In this document: positions 48,601 to 61,176 of the stretch, piece after piece | Numbering within the stretch: position 1 is the stretch's first letter | Layout of the letters: the number at the start of each line of letters is the position of its first letter | NCBI GenBank assembly: GCA_965644315.1 | Contig: CBFFRQ010000198.1 | Location: 1-64,000, forward strand | Origin: Caecitellus pseudoparvulus | Taxonomy: Eukaryota; Protista; Bigyra: Bicosoecida | Length of the DNA stretch: 64,000 nucleotides | Direction of reading: 5' to 3' | The notes under the pieces: generated by a model | The model's input: the letters and a program-made list of their open reading frames with translations, nothing else | Databases searched by the model: none | Told to the model about the DNA's origin: nothing | Position numbers and translations under genes: made by a program

Positions 48601-51600
48601 CAGTTCCTCAGCACTGCCCCGTGCGCCAATGAACTCCGCCACAGCTCGCAGGACGTGGGGCGGGATGCCCAGCTCGAACTGCACTGACTTGCCCGACAGC
48701 ACCGCCTGAATGGCAGACGGCATGAGGTTGGCCTGCACCTGCTGCGCCATCTTCGCGCGCAGGCCGGCCAGGGTGCAGCACCGACACACCGTCCACGCCA
48801 CCGCCTCCAGGCGCTCCATGAGCGGCAGGTGCTTCTCGAACTTGCCAGCAGCCCCACTGATGTCCATGCCGGCCTGTAGCCCAGCGATGACGAGGGCGGA
48901 CAGGGAAGGGAAGTGTCCCATGGACGCCCGCACGCAAACGGACAGCAGCACGTACTGCTCCATGCCCAAGGAAGTCTCCAGCTGCTTGCGGTTGGCGGCC
49001 AGGGCCTGGAACTTGGCGGGCAACACGCTGGCCCAGTCTTCGTTGGCTAGGGATGCCGCCACTGCCTCCAGCGTCTCGGGCTTGGTCGCTGCCACCCGGA
49101 ACTCGTCCAGGCCCTGCCCCAGCGGCGGCCAGGACGTCAGGTTTCGGGACATGGCAGACGACATGAGCACGCCCAGCTGGTACCGCCGCACGAGCACATC
49201 GCGCACGAAGGAGCTAGTGGCGCCCACGCCAAAGTTCTGTGCGCGCAAGAGGTCGCGGAAGGACGCGTCCACGCCCGTGCACAGGCTGGCCTCAGTCACC
49301 AGCTGCAGCACGTGCCACATGAGGGAGCCCTCCGATGTGTCGAACATGGACCCAGCCTCGTGTGCCTGCCCAGTGAGCAGCATGCGGAAAATTGCCAACG
49401 TGTGGTACCGAATGCGGCTGGCCTCACCGCCACGCAGCTTGGCCTGGCTGGCAAAGTCATACGTCGTGCGCACCTTGCCCAGCATGGCGCGCAGAATGGG
49501 GTCCAGCAACGCCTCCACGCCTGTCTGTCCGCCCACTCGGTCGAAGACGTTCTCAGCCAAGCCCTCCGCCGCAGACACAGCGGCCCCCGACGCGACAGCT
49601 TCCCGCGCAGCGGTGAGACTGGACACGTTGGCCCGGTCCAGCATGACGCCCAGCAACTTCACGATGCGGCGTTGGTCTGCTGGAGCCATGGACGTCATAC
49701 TCTGCAGCAGGCGCGCGACAAAGGGCAGCTTCAGGCGCAGCACACTACGCAGGGTGTGGGACCCCACCGCCTGGCTGGCGGCATCCTCCAGGGCTGCACG
49801 TGGACCACGTGTCACCACGCCGTCCAGCACTGTCGTCACGCACTGGGGCGCCTCCGCTGGCAGCTTGGCGGCAGTCATGATCTTGTCCACCGCCTCCAGA
49901 CGGGTGATGCCGCTGGCCACCAGCAGCATGGCGCGTTGGGAACCGGTCAGGCCGGGGATGTCGGGCGGGTCCATGAGGGCCGCCGCCTCGTCGCCCAGCT
50001 CCTCGATGGTGTCTGCCATGGACTTCAGCGAGTGGTCCAGCTCCTCGCTCACGCCCAGCTGCCCTGCCACGGCCTGCACTGCAGAGTTCGTGGAGGCCTT
50101 CCGCAGGGCTTGGGTGGCGGCGTCAGCGCCGCCTGCGCTACGGGCCGCTTGCAGCGCCTTGCTGACAGTCACGTTCCCCAGCACGACGTGCTCCGCGATG
50201 CGATCGATGCGCACGTCAAAGCCTGTCGCAAAGCCTGCAAGAATGAGCGGCAGGCGGTGCAGCTCGGCGGGGATGCTGGCCAGCGCGTCCTTGCTCAGAC
50301 CCGCCAGTGCCTCTGTCCCCGCCATTTCAGACAGCTGCCCCAGCATCTCCTTCAACACCAGGGCACCTGTGCGGGTGATGTCCACAGACTTCTTCCCAGA
50401 CGCAAAGGCCAGAATGGCGCGCAGAGCAGAGGCCTTCACCCCCACTAACTTCTCGAACATGGGCCCCAGCAGAGTCACCGTCTCGTCCACGTCACCCCGT
50501 GCGGCAGCGGCGAAGCCACGCAGCGTGTTCTGGAACGTACTAAGCGCTTCTGTGATGTCTTTCGGATTGATGGCGCCGTACGCCGCCCGGATCTCAGGCG
50601 GCAACTCATCCGACACGTACTCCTCCAGCAACTCGTCCATGGCCGCCTTGCTGGCCAGAGCCGCTTTCTGCGCCGCCTCGCTGCCAGCCAGGGCGTCGGC
50701 TGCCTTGTCTAGGCCCTTGCCAACAGCCGCGCCGTCCTGGGACGTCACTGCCTCGGCTGCCGCACTGCCGGCCTTGGCAGCCTTCTCCCCAGCCTCAGCG
50801 GCGGCCTCCTTCGCTTCCTGGGCCTTCTTCAACAGCTCGTCCTTGGCAGCCTGCATCTGCGCCAGCTTAGCCTTGGCTTGCTCCACATGCGCCTCAGTGT
50901 GCCCCTTGGCTCGCATGAGAGCGGCCTGGCGTTCCTCCGGGCTCATCTTCGCGAATAGCGTGGCGTGGCCAAAGGCGGCATCCACGGCTGAACCAGCGAT
51001 GGCGCCAACCCGGCCCTTTGTGTGCTTCGTCACTTGCTTCTTCACAAGCCCCTGCAGCTTGTCCATGATCAAGTCGATCAGCAACGTCTGCAGCTGGGGG
51101 TCGCTGAGCAGGTCTGACACGTCCTTGTCGCGCGCAGACAGGACGCGCTCCAGCAGCTTGCCGAACTTGGTGATGGCGTTGCCGACATTCACCTTCCCCA
51201 CACCCGGCACCTCCACTGTCTTGTCTCCCAGGGCTTCTGCCGCCAGGGCCGTGCTGTCTCGCATCAGGGCCTCGGGGTTGTCCCGGTATGCCTGCGCCTG
51301 AGCCTGGGCCTTGTCCAGGGTCGCCTGCCCCTCCAGCAGGAAGGGCGCCGCCTTCTTCAACGCCGCCTCCACTGGCGCATACACCTCCCCCATGCGCTTG
51401 CGCACCTCCATCTCGGCAGCGGCACGGATCTCCCGCGCCTTGGCCACGGCAAACTCCTTCCCGGCCTCTTTGGCAGCTGCAATCTCCGCTTCAATGCGCT
51501 CCTCAGCTTGCGCCATGAGCTTCTCAGCCTCCAGCTGCCCCCGGCGTAGAGCGGCCTCCTGTGCCTCCTCCACAGCCTTCACGATGGCAGCGGGGGCCTT

Positions 51601-54600
51601 GGCGTGGAACTCGTGTGCACGGGCCAGGTGCGCAGGGGCAGCCTGTGCGAAGGCACGGGCAGCGCCGACTGGGTCCGCGGCAGCGCCCGCCAGACCTTGT
51701 TTCGCAGCCCCCGCACCAGCCTGCAGAGCAGCGTCCAATCCAGGCGCAGAGACGCCCAGCTTGCTCTGTGCCATGGCGGATGCGCGTTGGGCCTGCTGCA
51801 AGGCGCCGTCGATGGCGGCGTTCCCTGCACCCACCACGCCGCTCATGTGTGGTGCAACGAGGACTGTGCACAGCTCGTTTAGCAGGTACAACGCCGTCTC
51901 CTCGGAAGGTGACGTGATGACCCGCGCGGCCAGGTCCATCAAGCGCAGCATGCGCTTGTCCACGTTCTGGTCCTCCAGGAAGTCCATGAGGGCCGCGACG
52001 ATCTCGCCTGTCGCACGCATGCGGTTGGCTTCGTCAGACGTCACCATCAAGTGCACAGCTTTGGACAGCTTCACGATGCGGGCGATGAGGCGCTCATCCT
52101 TGACCGGCGTCAGCTGTGTCGCCACTGGTGGCAGTGCGTCCATCACTGCCGACATGTCCCGCCGTGCGAAGGCGATGAGCAGTCCTGCGAGCGTGGGATC
52201 CACCTTCAGCTGCTCGAGGGCCAGCTTGGCCAGGCGCTCAGGAGTCAGCTGCCCCTTCACCAGGGCCAGCTGCGTCTCCAGGTCAATGCCGGTGCGGGAG
52301 GCAGTGAGGGCCATGGCGTCCGCGAGCATGGAGGAGGCGGCGTCCTTGGACAGGGCAGCAGTGATGCTGGACACGTCGACAGACAGCAGCGCCTTGCCCA
52401 GGTCCTCCGCCGCCTGTCCGGGCTTGGCCTTGGTGCTCTTGCCATTCAGCAGGGGGCTCTTGGCCAGCACCTCCCGCACGATCTCCGATACGCTCTCCAT
52501 CATGATGTTCTCCGCTTCCCGGCGCAGGTTGTTGGCCTGGGCCAGACGGGCCGTCACGATGCCGAAAAAGGTCACGGCAGCAGCGGCGAAGGGGAGGAAC
52601 CGGTTGGGCTCGATGATGGCGCCCAGCACCCAGTACACGGCCACCAGGGTGAGGTAGCCCCCCCACGCGGTGACCATGAGGAAGAGGTACACGCGAAGCA
52701 GCGCGTTTACCAGCCAGCGCAGGGTGTACCGGAAGTGCTCCAGGCCCGTGAACTCCTTCTCAAAAGTGATAGGGGAGGTGGCGGAAGCTTGGTCCACGAA
52801 CTCCACGATCTTGGGCGTGCGCAGGTCAGACAGCTTCTCCACCCGCTCAATGACGATGCGGGAGGCTTGCTTGGGCAGCACGAAGCCGATGAGGCGCCCC
52901 GCCACCTTGTCTGTCCGCGTCATGACAGAGGACAGCACGCCTGATGAAGTGCTCGCCTGCTGATGCTGCCGTGCAGCCTGCAGCTGCCGTGCCAGGACGG
53001 AGATGCTGGACTTGTCCAGGGTCTCGTCCTCCTCGTCCTCAGCCACCTCCTTCAGGCGCCCGCTGCGGCAGGTGCAGCAGTACCACGCCGAGCACACGGA
53101 CTGTGGGCACCGCATGCAGCAGCAGGTGAGGGCTGCAGCCATGCGCTCCTCACGCTTGCGCTCCAGCTCCTCCAACACGTCCTCAGCCTCGTTCACGACG
53201 CCCTGCCCGATGGCCTTCGCAGACTTCGTCTCCACGGTGCCGCTGGCTTGAGCGCCCTTGTACAGGGCGTCGGCGCTGGCCACGTCGTCAGCGTTGGCTT
53301 CGCCTTCAAGCGCCTTGGCCTTCTTGCGCTGCTTGAGCTGGGAGTCGGTTGCCCGACGGTACCGCAGCAAGTGCGCAGCGGCCACAGACGTCTTCAGGAA
53401 CGACTTATACACGTCAGCATCGAGAATGTCGTCGCCTTCACGGGGGGTGGGCTGGTTGCTGAAGGGCATGGCGCCAGACGCAGCGGCCCGGTTGGCGCCT
53501 TCCGTGTCCAACGCAGGCAGACGTCGCAGACGATCCGCCTTAGAGCTTTCCATGGCCTTGGCCTGCGCGGCTGCCACGATGCTGGTGCCAGACGACGGCA
53601 CAGCGACGGCCACATCGGCACTCGCCGCACCCTCCCGCTCCACCTTCACCTCAGGTGCATCCAGCACGTTACCGTCGCCGTCCTCAGCTGTGGCCTGTGC
53701 TGCAGAGCTCGTAAACTGCTTGCCCTTGGCCTGATTGCGCTGCGTCTTTGCCTTTTTCTTGTTCTCGTCTTCCTCTTCATCCGAGGAAGAGGAAGACGAG
53801 GAGTTGTCAGCTGGCTCGTCCGAGACGCGCTTCAGGACGATGGGGAACTCGTACTGCCGCTGGCGCAGCAAGTACTCTGCGTCGTGGAAGGTGAGGCCGT
53901 GTGCAGGGCCGATGGAGGCGCCGTGCAGCAGAGGGCGCCCAGTCTGGAAGGGGTGGTACAGCGGCACCTGCAGGTGGTACAGGATGAGCTCAATCACCGC
54001 GACTCCCACGAATCCCGCCACGAAGAGGTAGATAATAATCTGGTTCACCAGCAGGTTCGTGGACCGGAACACCTCCCATGGCTCGTACAGAATGGAGTTG
54101 AACGTGAGCAGGTTGGAGCTCTGGTCCAGGTCAAAGGCCGTAGTGTTCACGAAGACCGTCTGGGAGTACAGCGCCAAGAACAGGAAGGGCAGCGTCGGCA
54201 CCAGCACTTGCAGCACCTGCAGCACGACAGACAGGAAGAGGATGAAGTTGGCCGCGGACTGGTCAGCAGCAATGGCGTTGGTGCGCTCAGCCAAGGGTGT
54301 GTTGCCAGCGGTGGTGCTTGCACCCACCGCCCCGCCCACCGTCACGCCCAGCGCATCATCGCCGGCAGCGCCAAAGTTGCACATGCCGCAGCAGCCGCCC
54401 CTCCGCCCCTCCTGCTGCTGCTCGTACAGCTCGCGCTGTTCGTTCTGCCAAGCCTTCGACAGCACCAGAGGGCGGATGCCCTTCAGGTAGTTCAGCTCCT
54501 TATCACGGTCTACGGCCAACTTCAGTTCAGACTCGATGACGGAGGCCGTCAACGGCGCGGCCAGCTCCCGGTGCGTGCGGCAGAAGGTCTTGTACGCCTT

Positions 54601-57386
54601 CTGGAACTGGACCAGGGGGATGTAGTCGGACTCCACACCCGTCACTTCACACTCCGACGCCAGGAAGAACTTCAGCATGCTGCGCTGGTACAGCTGCTTG
54701 CTGGACACTTGCTCCTGCACCAGAGCACTCTTGTCCTTGAAGCGCACCGTGCGGATGACAGTCGTGCGCTCCGTCTCGACGGTCACGTTGAAGCGCTTGC
54801 GTAGGATGGTCTGGGCGGCCTCTGACAGCACATCCATCTCCGTGAAGCCGTTGCGCGCGCAGTACGCGACGTAGCCCTCGTTGAACACCGCCACTCGCTC
54901 CATGCTCTTGCTGACTGCCTCGAACTCCTTCTCTGGCGCGACGGAGGACGGGTTTCGCAGGCGCAGCACATCCTTCAGCACTCCCCACCGAGACCGCCGC
55001 AGGCCAGGCGGGAAGGGCTGGCAGAACACAAGTCGCGCGACGGCACTGAGGAAGGAGATGTCCCGCTTGGGCGTCTGGTAGTAGTCCCGGATGTAAGAGG
55101 AGATGGAAGTGGTCAGCTTGGGCGCGATGAGCCAGGCGGCCAGGGAGGTGGCCTGGAAGTATCCCCAGTCCAGTTCCGGCAGCGCGCGCAGCTGGGGCAC
55201 GGGGTCCATCAGCTCCAGCAGTTGGCCCCCTGCTGCGGCCTTGGCCTTGGCTGCGTCCAGCTCCTGGCTCTTGGTCTGCCGCACCATGTACGAGTGCAGG
55301 TAGTGCCGCGCAAAGCGGTTGGCAAACACCGCCACCGCGGCGATGGAGAGGCCCATGAGAGTGGCCAGCAGCACGGACAGGCACACGGCAATGACCAGGG
55401 GAATGTTATTCAGCAGGGTGATGACGGAATTCTTGAAGGTGCCCTTATCGTCCACCTCGTACCGGAAGAAGCCAATTTCTGACTTCTGCCCCAGCACGTA
55501 CCGGCGGCTGGCTTCCGTCACCAGCTGCACAATGTCCCCAAGGATGGCTTCAGAGATCTTGCCAGACTCCTGCGTGCCCAGGCCTGGGCCACGACCTGCG
55601 ACAGCCCCCTGCTGAGAAGCAGGCGCCGCTTGCAGCACGGACACTGGGCAGAAGCCAGGGTTGAACCGGGCAGGCACTTCACGAAAGCGTGGGTTCAGCA
55701 TGGAAGCTGAGAAGGCGGACAGCCAATGCGGCTCAAGCTGCAAGTACACGTCCTTGGTGGCAAAGAGCCATCGCCCTGCGTTTTGCTGGGCCAAGTCAAT
55801 GGCGACGATGGCGTCGTACGACGGCTCGCGGTCTACCCAAGCCTGGATGCTCTGCAGCACGCGGCGCGTGGCGGGGTCCAGGGACACGCCAGCTGAGAAG
55901 GCACCTCCATCAGACACGGCGTAGCCTTCTGCGCGGATAATTTGGTCATTCAGGAGGCCAGCATACACGCCGCCTCGTGTGACGGAGACGCTGTGCTCGT
56001 GGACGGGGACACTGCCCAGCGTCGTCCCGCATGTCAAGCCGTCGACGAAGGTCGCGTTGTCGGAAATGAACTCGGAGTCGCACAAGTCTACAATCATGCT
56101 ACAAGACAGCTGAGAGGAGCCGGTGCCGCTGTTGGCGGCGCCGCCCTGCTCAGGTAAGCCGCAGCTGGAGCTGTCCTGGAACAGCTCTGTGCGGGCCGGG
56201 GCAGTGGCGCAAATGACGCCGCTGGGCTCTGACGCGTTGACACGGACAAAGGCCCCTGAGGCGTGCGGGTAGCGAGCAGCAGACGTGGTGATGTACACCT
56301 CCCCACCTCGGGTCGTACAAAAGTCAGACAGCGTGGGGCTGGTAGAGTTGTCCGTCGCGTTGAAGCTGGAAAAAGTGGGGGAAGTCGCATTCAGCAGGGA
56401 CAGGTCGCACTCTGCCCGATACCGCGTGCCGATGTCGATGGAGGAGTCTGTGTACACGTCTCGCAGGTTCACAATGCCTCGCTCCGCTGACACGCTGACC
56501 CGCCCGCCGACGATGCTGGTGAGGTCCACATGCATCGAGTCAGCTGCGTAGACAGACACGTGGCCAGTGGGGCCCAACACCACCTCCTTGCCGCTCTGGA
56601 AGGTGCCAGGCGGCGTCTGCACCACCAGATCGGCAACGTTGGAAGATATGTACAGTGTGCCGTTGTACTGGTACGGCAGTCGCAAGTCCACTTCACACGG
56701 GATGGCGGCATTTGAAGTGGAGATGTTCACAGAGTTTGCCGCTGAGTCCAGCGCCAGAGCTGTCTCGGGCAGGGTGGCATCAATGATGGACTGGAAATTC
56801 TCCCTGATGAAGCGGAACGTCTGGTCCCGCGGCCTGGACATGCGGATGGACAGCTGCACTTGGTCGTTGCTCTTCGGCGTGTCCAGCAGCGTCAGGCGGC
56901 AGAGGTCGGCGGAAAAGTACAGGTCGCCGTTGGGGTCAAATGGGGGGCTCACATCCCCAGGCCGGTAGAAGAACTGCCGGTACAGCGAGTACAGTGAGGG
57001 GATGACCTGCGGGGGAGGGTTGGGGGGTACAAGTGTGAAGAGTACACGGTCGCACAGCGAACGCGGCGCCGCCGCACCATGCTGATCGTTAGCAGCAACG
57101 CCAAGAAGCAGAGGCGCAGGGTGGTGCCCTGTGTCCGCGTGATGCGCATGTGTGTGAGGGGGAAGATGACCTTGCCTGCCAGAGGGTCGTCCAGCTCAGC
57201 CCTGCGCTTCGCGGAGGCTGCCTTTTCCTGCTCCACAGCTGCCTCCTCCAACTCGGCGTCTTCGTGGGACTGCAGGAGCATGGACACCTCCAACTCGCCC
57301 ATGAGGGAGGACTGGTCGGCATACGCCTTTGCAGTGCGTGTTTCCTTTCGGGGGACGTCCCCCGCCTCGCCAGAAGCTGCCGCCAT
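27688..57386 (-). CDS. Giant (~9,875 aa) multi-pass membrane protein with six SPRY domains, probable beta-propeller, helical regions and C-terminal EF-hand pair; exons 57386-57078 and 57006-27688
   Basis: 29.3-kb uninterrupted ORF. A 71-nt GT-AG intron (57077-57007) joins MAAASGEAG...LLLTISM in frame to VIPSLYSLY...DVSPP. SPRY motifs GK(W/H/Y)Y(F/Y/W)E; EF-hands FDTDGGGISFDEF and LDVIESDNVLDRQEF. Confidence 0.85.
57007..57077 (-). other. Spliceosomal intron (71 nt)
   Basis: GTGCGG...ccaaccctcccccgcAG with pyrimidine tract; removal restores the frame. Confidence 0.8.
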
Positions 57387-59055
57387 GTGGAGGAGCTGTG
57401 ATGGTGTGAGTGCACGCTCAGGGCTCCGCCGCACAGCCTGTCGGAAGGAACGGCAGCGCGGGGGACGTGCAGACTGGCGGCAGGGCACGGAAGAAGCTCC
57501 AAATGTCGCTTGTGCGGAGATGTTGCGCACACACCGTTTGGGGGCGTCGCGTGGGCGAGTCTCGGAACTACGACAATCACTTCGTCGGCAGCGACGAGGA
57601 GGAAAAACCGACCCGGCCAGCAGCGAGAGCACGGCACCACGAAGGTCTCGAAAGGTAGAGAGGGTGGCGTATGGTACAGAAAAGGAGGTGGGTTGCGCTG
57701 GGTGATGGGAGTATGCGGCATCGGTACTTTTGACAGGGGTAGTGAGACGAGGTGCTGGTGCAGCAACTGCCGCATCAACCTGAAGCAACTGCCGCCGCCC
57801 AATGCCGACCCACACATGCAGCGCACCAGAGAAGTGAAGGAGGTACATTGGCGTGGACTTCTGCCCAGCAGGGCTGGCTCCGCGTCGCTGCATTTGCCTA
57901 CACTCGCCCTGTTTCCCGCAAAGGACACATGAGCCTGATGCCTCTACTGCGTGCATTGGCGCAAAGGTTTCAACGACACGTGCCCTGCCTGCCCCCTCTG
58001 GTATGCCTATGATGTTCCATCCTTCCAAATGCATTGCAGGTGCTGCGTGTTCCCCCCAAGCCCTTCCAAGTGGCCTGTGCTTCTTCGCGGTGCCACACAA
58101 GTCCTGCCTCGTTCAAGCACAGCAGCCCACAGCAAGTGGCACGGGTGGGGTCGCAACGCCAGAGTAGCTTGGTCGCAGTGTGTTGTCTGCCTTGATCGAC
58201 AAAACCGCTGGCTGTGGCAGTGCAGCGGTTGCGTCTGCCTTTCGACGTTGCCAACAGCCGGCAAACCAGGGCTCGTGCATGCCCGCACATACGATCAAAG
58301 GGGGGACACAAGAAGTGGGAAGGCTGCAAAGAACTCAAGTCCAACTACACTTCAGCGCTTTCTCTGACTCCCCACCTGGATAAAGATCAGAAACCCAAGC
58401 TGCTGGCAAGACCGTGGAGGAACTCCTCCCAGCATGTGTACAGGCGAAAAGCACGTGAATAGCACGCGACCAGAGTCCACGACGCTATGCATGCCTTTAT
58501 TTCATCGATCTTGGTAACCTGTTGGTACCTTCTTCGCAACGGCTGTCTCTCCAGCTACTCCCGGCTGCCAAGGTGCATGCGGAATTGCGGAAATTGCTTG
58601 CTTGTCCCCGTCCATCTGCCCACAAACACCACAATCGCAAAGATTCGGGTCTAGCGACGCGACCAGTTGGATGGCACTGATATGTTTATCATAGCCTATG
58701 ACAGGCAAGCGACACGACATCTACTGCCCCTACGAACAAGGTCCATGTGTGTGAAGCAATGAAACAGCGGAGCTCCTGTACAAAATCACGTCTGCAGCGC
58801 CAGTGCTGGGGCTTTACCGGGTCCGAATGTCCATGTTCGTGTTGTGAGATGTGGCTGTATTGTCGCGGGTTGGTTCGTTTGCTTATTTTGCTCCGGAGAT
58901 TCCCAAAAGCTGAGTCCTTTCTCAAACCTCACTAAACCTCTACACATCTTCACGCCACCGCTGACATTGAGCAGTCTCTGGGTTGAAAAGTTTCGTCAGC
59001 ATGAGCGGTTGACGAACATGGTGATGCATTACGCCAAGGCCTGGCACCCACCCCC

Positions 59056-60933
59056 TCACGGCGGCACCTCGTCGTCATCCCCGCTGGCTGACTGGTCATC
59101 GTCCATGTCCATGGGCCCACCTTCGTCAGGCAGGTCGCCGCCAGAGACGAAGGCGGCTGTGGGCCCAGGCGGCACGCCCTCGTCGTCGTCGTGCTTGGAG
59201 TATCGCGATGTGCCTGCCGTGCGAGCCTTGGTGCGGCCTGTCGTCTTGGCTGTGGTGGGGGCCGGCACACCTGCAAACACGGCATCCAAGGCTGCCTGGG
59301 TGGTGTCCAGCGCCTCGCCCTCATGTGGCGCGTCCGGCACGACGCCAGATGGGAAGGCCCTCATCAAGGCTTCCTCTGCCAGGGTGTGCTGGAACTCGGA
59401 GGGGGCATCCTCGCCGCTAGGGGCACTCATGCCAGCAACCCGCTGCAGCGGCGCCAGCGCAGTGCCCTTCACCCACGCCTTCACGCGCGCCTGCAGCATG
59501 TTGTTGCCGTCCACCGAGTTCAGCAGGGCTGTCAGGCCCTCCATGGCCACGCCTCCAGCGCCATTTGCGTTCGAAGTGCGCAGGGCACGCAGCAGCGCCA
59601 CGAGCAGCAGGTTGTGGCCGTTGGCATCCATCACTTTGGTGGCGATGTCGCCGGGGCAGGAGTCGAAGAGGTTCGAGACGGCCCAGGCGGCTTCCTTGGC
59701 CACGTCGCCATGCGTGCTGTTTAGCGCCTCGTACATGCCCGGCACGAACCAGTCGCACGAGATGACTGCGTCCTTCTGTGCTGCCACGCCGGCGGTGATG
59801 TTGGACAGCGCCCAACACGTCTCCTTCTGTACTACGCGCCGCATCTGCAGGAGGGACGGGGCGATGGGCAAGAATCCCGCCTCCAGCACAGCGTCTGTGT
59901 CAGCTGCAGAGCCAGTCACCAAGTTCCCCACAGTGCGTAGAGCAGGCAAGTGCACGTTCTTGCTGGGGCTCTGGAGCAGGTTCACGATGGCGGGAATGAC
60001 ACCGGGAGCGGCGCCTGCTGGCTCAGACAGGCCCCGGAAGAACTCCAGGCGCGCGTCCTCGCCACTGGTCATGTACGACAGCCCCCACAGCGCATCCACC
60101 AGCAACTCCTGGTCACCGCCTGAGCAAGCCCAGGCGGCACCCGGCGCGTTGCCTGTCGCGTCCAGCACGATGCGTGCGAGGGCGGTCATGGCCAGCTGCA
60201 CTCGGTCGTCAAAGGGCGGCGATGGTTTGCCTCGCACCATGTTGCTGATGGTCCATGCTGCGTTTCGCATGTACGACAGGGGGGGTGCCGGCACTTCCTC
60301 TGGCCACGCCCCCTGCGGCAGCGTGCGCACAGCCGCCTGCAGGGCGCCACAGCCCAGCACGGCGTCACGCGCCTGGGACGAGTCCCCTGCGATGTTGCCC
60401 AGCCCCCACATTGCCTGCTCCTTCAAATTCATGTCGTCCGTGGAGGTGAGAGCGGCAACGAACTTGACGTGGGCGCCGCACTGCATGACAGCCGCGCAGT
60501 GGTGTGAGTCCCCGCTGGCGATATTGGTCACGGCCCACGCCGCCTCGAAGCGGATGGCGGGTGTGATGTACTCGGTGATGAAGTCACACAGCGCAGCCAC
60601 GACATCTCCGCGTGAGCACACCAGGTCCACGGCGGGGTTGGACTCAACGCTCAAGATGCCACGCAGGTACTTCACAGCCTCCACTAGGGCCCCTGGCTCA
60701 TCGCTGGTCAAAATTGTGTCGCATGCGTTGTTGAATTTCGTAGCCTGGGGCGTGGGGGGGCAGCAGGGCCTACATGTGAGGTTTGCGCCAGCAGGCTCAA
60801 TGTCCGCACGCTGCACGTTGGCACGCACATCGACGCCAGGGGGAATGGCAGAGGAGAAAGTGTGGCCTCCCGCAGACGGAAGCTGTGAGATGGACTCAAA
60901 GCCACTGGTGCCCTGGGCCTTCGAGCTGCTCAT
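59056..60933 (-). CDS. Importin-alpha-like armadillo-repeat protein (no recognisable IBB domain)
   Basis: FEAAWAVTNIASG, EQAMWGLGNIAGD, RNAAWTISN, PALRTVGNLVTG, KETCWALSNITAG, KEAAWAVSN. Confidence 0.9.
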   Translation of the reverse strand: MSSSKAQGTSGFESISQLPSAGGHTFSSAIPPGVDVRANVQRADIEPAGANLTCRPCCPPTPQATKFNNACDTILTSDEPGALVEAVKYLRGILSVESNPAVDLVCSRGDVVAALCDFITEYITPAIRFEAAWAVTNIASGDSHHCAAVMQCGAHVKFVAALTSTDDMNLKEQAMWGLGNIAGDSSQARDAVLGCGALQAAVRTLPQGAWPEEVPAPPLSYMRNAAWTISNMVRGKPSPPFDDRVQLAMTALARIVLDATGNAPGAAWACSGGDQELLVDALWGLSYMTSGEDARLEFFRGLSEPAGAAPGVIPAIVNLLQSPSKNVHLPALRTVGNLVTGSAADTDAVLEAGFLPIAPSLLQMRRVVQKETCWALSNITAGVAAQKDAVISCDWFVPGMYEALNSTHGDVAKEAAWAVSNLFDSCPGDIATKVMDANGHNLLLVALLRALRTSNANGAGGVAMEGLTALLNSVDGNNMLQARVKAWVKGTALAPLQRVAGMSAPSGEDAPSEFQHTLAEEALMRAFPSGVVPDAPHEGEALDTTQAALDAVFAGVPAPTTAKTTGRTKARTAGTSRYSKHDDDEGVPPGPTAAFVSGGDLPDEGGPMDMDDDQSASGDDDEVPP

Positions 60934-61176
60934 GGCGGCAGCGGGCTGTTCGCCGAGGCAATGCGCCGATCAACACGCCAACGGAAGCGGCCTACACGAG
61001 GGTAGAGGGTGGTGGAGCACACACAGGGGTGGAGCCCAGAGCCGCTCAGCCGCGTGCATGACACTGTTGATTGTGTGGTTTTGTCATGCGAGGGTGCATT
61101 GTCCTCGCTTCTCCGGCACCTGCCCCTCCAAACGGAGCTGGTTGTGGCCCAAACGCCCCACACTCTGCCACGCCGC

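Noticed and set aside
27695-56968. Many long plus-strand ORFs (e.g. 27695-30619, 48710-51301, 52963-54804)
   Set aside because: Antisense shadows of the GC3-biased giant gene; Ser/Ala/Arg-rich with no motifs.
27688-57386. Ryanodine or IP3 receptor orthologue
   Set aside because: No MIR/RIH domains or GGG(I/V)GD pore motif seen; GGGISFDEF belongs to an EF-hand; the TM arrangement differs.
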